From positions 3,720,001 to 3,784,000 of the forward strand of contig CM030333.1 of the NCBI GenBank assembly GCA_017654855.1: a DNA stretch of 64,000 nucleotides, written 5' to 3'. Each line of letters opens with the position of its first letter. Position 1 is the stretch's first letter. Below are positions 61,832 to 64,000 of this stretch, piece after piece. Under the pieces are notes generated by a model, which worked only from the letters and a program-made list of their open reading frames with translations, did no database searches and was not told where the DNA came from. The stretch is from Podospora anserina (taxonomy: Eukaryota). A program made the position numbers and the translations under genes.

Positions 61832-62652
61832 CTAGAGCATATCATCAATGCCCTTGTCAGCATCTTTCTTGATCAACTCGACCATGCCCTGTCAACAGTC
61901 AGCATGTTATCCAATGAACCTTCAGAAGTCCACTCACCTCAGGCATAATGGGTTTTCCATCCTCAGTCTTAACGTAACGGAATGGCATCTCTGTGCTCTC
62001 ATACTCGTTGAACTTGAGTTCGGGAAAGTCGACGTAGGGAATGTCTTTCAACGGTGCTGTGGAAACGTTAGTAAAGGTCATTGTGTAGAAGAGAGGGTTT
62101 CATACTCTTGCCCTCAACCACCAGACGAGTTACACGGACTGCAGTGTCTGTGGTCATCTGGACGGGCCCGAGACGACGGCCCTCAAAGCCCTTGGCCCGC
62201 AACTCGGATGTTCTGTCTGTAACCGAGTTAGACAAGGCATTATCGATCCTTTAGCAACTGTGGCAAATACCTCTAGGGGGGTCATCACCTATTATTTTAT
62301 TAGCAAGTATTTTGATGTCAAGCTTGGCTCATAACATACCAAGAATTCCTCCAAACAGGAAAACATCAAAGTTGTCCGCATCTTCAGGGGCAAGATCACT
62401 CTTCCCCTGAGGGTCAAGAAGGCATACTCTAGACTTCTTGTCCGCATACAACTCCTCCACACCCCGCCTCTCAGCTGTGAACGAGGGGATGGCAGCCAAG
62501 GCGTCTGGGACCTTGAACTGTGGGTGGAGAGACGAAAGGAAGAACTTGGACCCAGTCTCTTGCGACTCGCGCGCGATGGTGATATACTCGAGTTCTGACC
62601 AGGGTCCAAGCTCCTCGTCCAGGTGCTCAACGATGTACGTTTTTCCGGCCAT
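61832..62652 (-). CDS. SFM1: SPOUT-family protein arginine methyltransferase Sfm1
   Basis: YIVEHL...WSELEY, VCLLDP, FLFGGIL|GDDPPRD|RTSELR, GRRLGP-QMTTDTAVR, EMPFRYV; multi-exon, including an 18-nt exon at 62271-62288. Confidence 0.9.
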
Positions 62653-63579
62653 AGCGCTGAAACTTGAATCAAACCCTCACAAGATGCTCAGTTAGGAGAT
62701 AAAATGGTGGAAAGTACACAAGTGAAGGTCGGAAATGTGCAATTAAACGGCATCGATAATTTTTAGCTCGTGGGCGCCCGATGCCAAGAACGGAGCCGGC
62801 AGATCGGCGCGCCCCACAGAAGGTCTTCCGAAGCCACCGGCGCTCCCCTGCAGCCCCGCGCCGCTATGTCCTCCCCTCCCCTCAAGACACTGTTCCAGAC
62901 TGCGCAACAACGACGCTTCTTCAGTGCCCTAGCCACCGGATAGAGCCACATACCTACACCGGATACCGTTGCGCAAAGCCTCGACGAAGAGTAGCACAGG
63001 CGCCCGGGGATATTAGAGTTGCGGGCACATTATTCAGACCCGAATCCGGGAACGTGGCACAGGGAGAGCTTTGTTGGTCTTGCGCCTGGGGCCCTGCCTG
63101 TTGGACCCGGCGCGGTGAAACACGTACCTTGACTGGGCTGCCTGCCTACTATCTCGGGCAACTTTTTTACCTTATCCACGCATTGGTTCTGTCTACTCTT
63201 GCGAAATAGCTACAACCTGTCTTCTATTACCAATTATTTCAATCCCGTGGTATTCGTGTGGGACTATTACCTCCACGTTTCTTCTTACATTCCCTTGTTT
63301 GGCCTAGGTACCAGTGATAATCAGCAACGCCAAGCTCAGCTTGCAGTCGTCAGCCCGCCCCAGCCCACTGCAACCCGCCCCTGTCTTAGGACAGATCTGT
63401 CCATCCATTGGAAAAGTATCTCGACAAACCTCCATCGTCGGTTTCGCAGAGAACCTCACGTTATTTGACTGCCTTTTTTGGTCCCCGATGACCGCCGCTG
63501 CCGTCACCAGGTAGCCAGATATACAGGCTCTCTTCAACATTCGTTGCGCCGGTCTGAGGACCCTCGCGACTGGGGAATC

Positions 63580-64000
63580 ATGGCTGTTGGACGGTCCTTG
63601 GCGGGCTGGAGGCGTCTACCATCCATCGTTACCGCCGCCGCCGTCGCCCTCTCATGGACGGCGACACTAGCTGTCGCCGATGTCAAGGCGGCCGGTGACT
63701 ACTTTGTCCATTCACTTCCAGGGGCGCCGCCAGGTCCCCTGGTGAAGATGCATGCTGGGTAAGGAGTCTTGTCTCCAGTCCAAACCAGGGATGTCCTCAA
63801 CTAACATATGTGTCTGCTTGCGCGCGTTAGGCATATCGAGATAACACCCGATGTCAATGGCAACATGTTCTTCTGGCACTTCCAAAATAAACACATTGCG
63901 AACAAGCAACGAACAGTGATATGGTTGAACGGCGGCCCCGGCTGCAGCTCCGAGGACGGTGCCCTGATGGAGATTGGCCCGTATAGGTTAAAAGATAAGG
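63580..64000 (+). CDS. KEX1: Pheromone-processing serine carboxypeptidase Kex1 (S10), 5' part; runs off the right edge
   Basis: Signal peptide, [11 protein letters not shown]...[48 protein letters not shown]; intron 63759-63830. Confidence 0.9.

Overview
Gene-dense, intron-containing chromosomal DNA from a filamentous ascomycete. Short GT-AG introns with CTAAC/CTGAC branch points and the gene content suggest Sordariales, possibly Podospora (inference). I can support 22 protein-coding genes. Recognisable products are an ABC1/ADCK kinase, a 2OG-Fe(II) oxygenase, a MYND protein, a GH76 DCW1/DFG5 enzyme, full-length FluG, ERV41, a degenerate peptidase C45, GLE2/RAE1, ECT1, a branched-chain aminotransferase, a rhodopsin/PTH11-like + FucP-type MFS fusion, a Zn2Cys6 factor, an AROM-derived dehydroquinase/repressor-like protein, a class-1A DHODH-like flavoenzyme, SFM1 and the 5' end of KEX1; the rest are hypothetical. 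The GLE2-ECT1 gap has no credible ORF but carries two RNA genes in tandem: an unusually long RNase MRP RNA (~29323-29877) and a C/D snoRNA (~30047-30135) whose guide matches the yeast snR66 target, mirroring the yeast NME1-snR66 arrangement. Other leads are the receptor-transporter fusion lacking the FucP proton-coupling Asp, the Cys-to-Ser Ntn-hydrolase, and the TF next to a pseudo-AROM gene. No tRNA, rRNA, CRISPR array or intact transposon was recognised. All calls are by eye, with no database searches.
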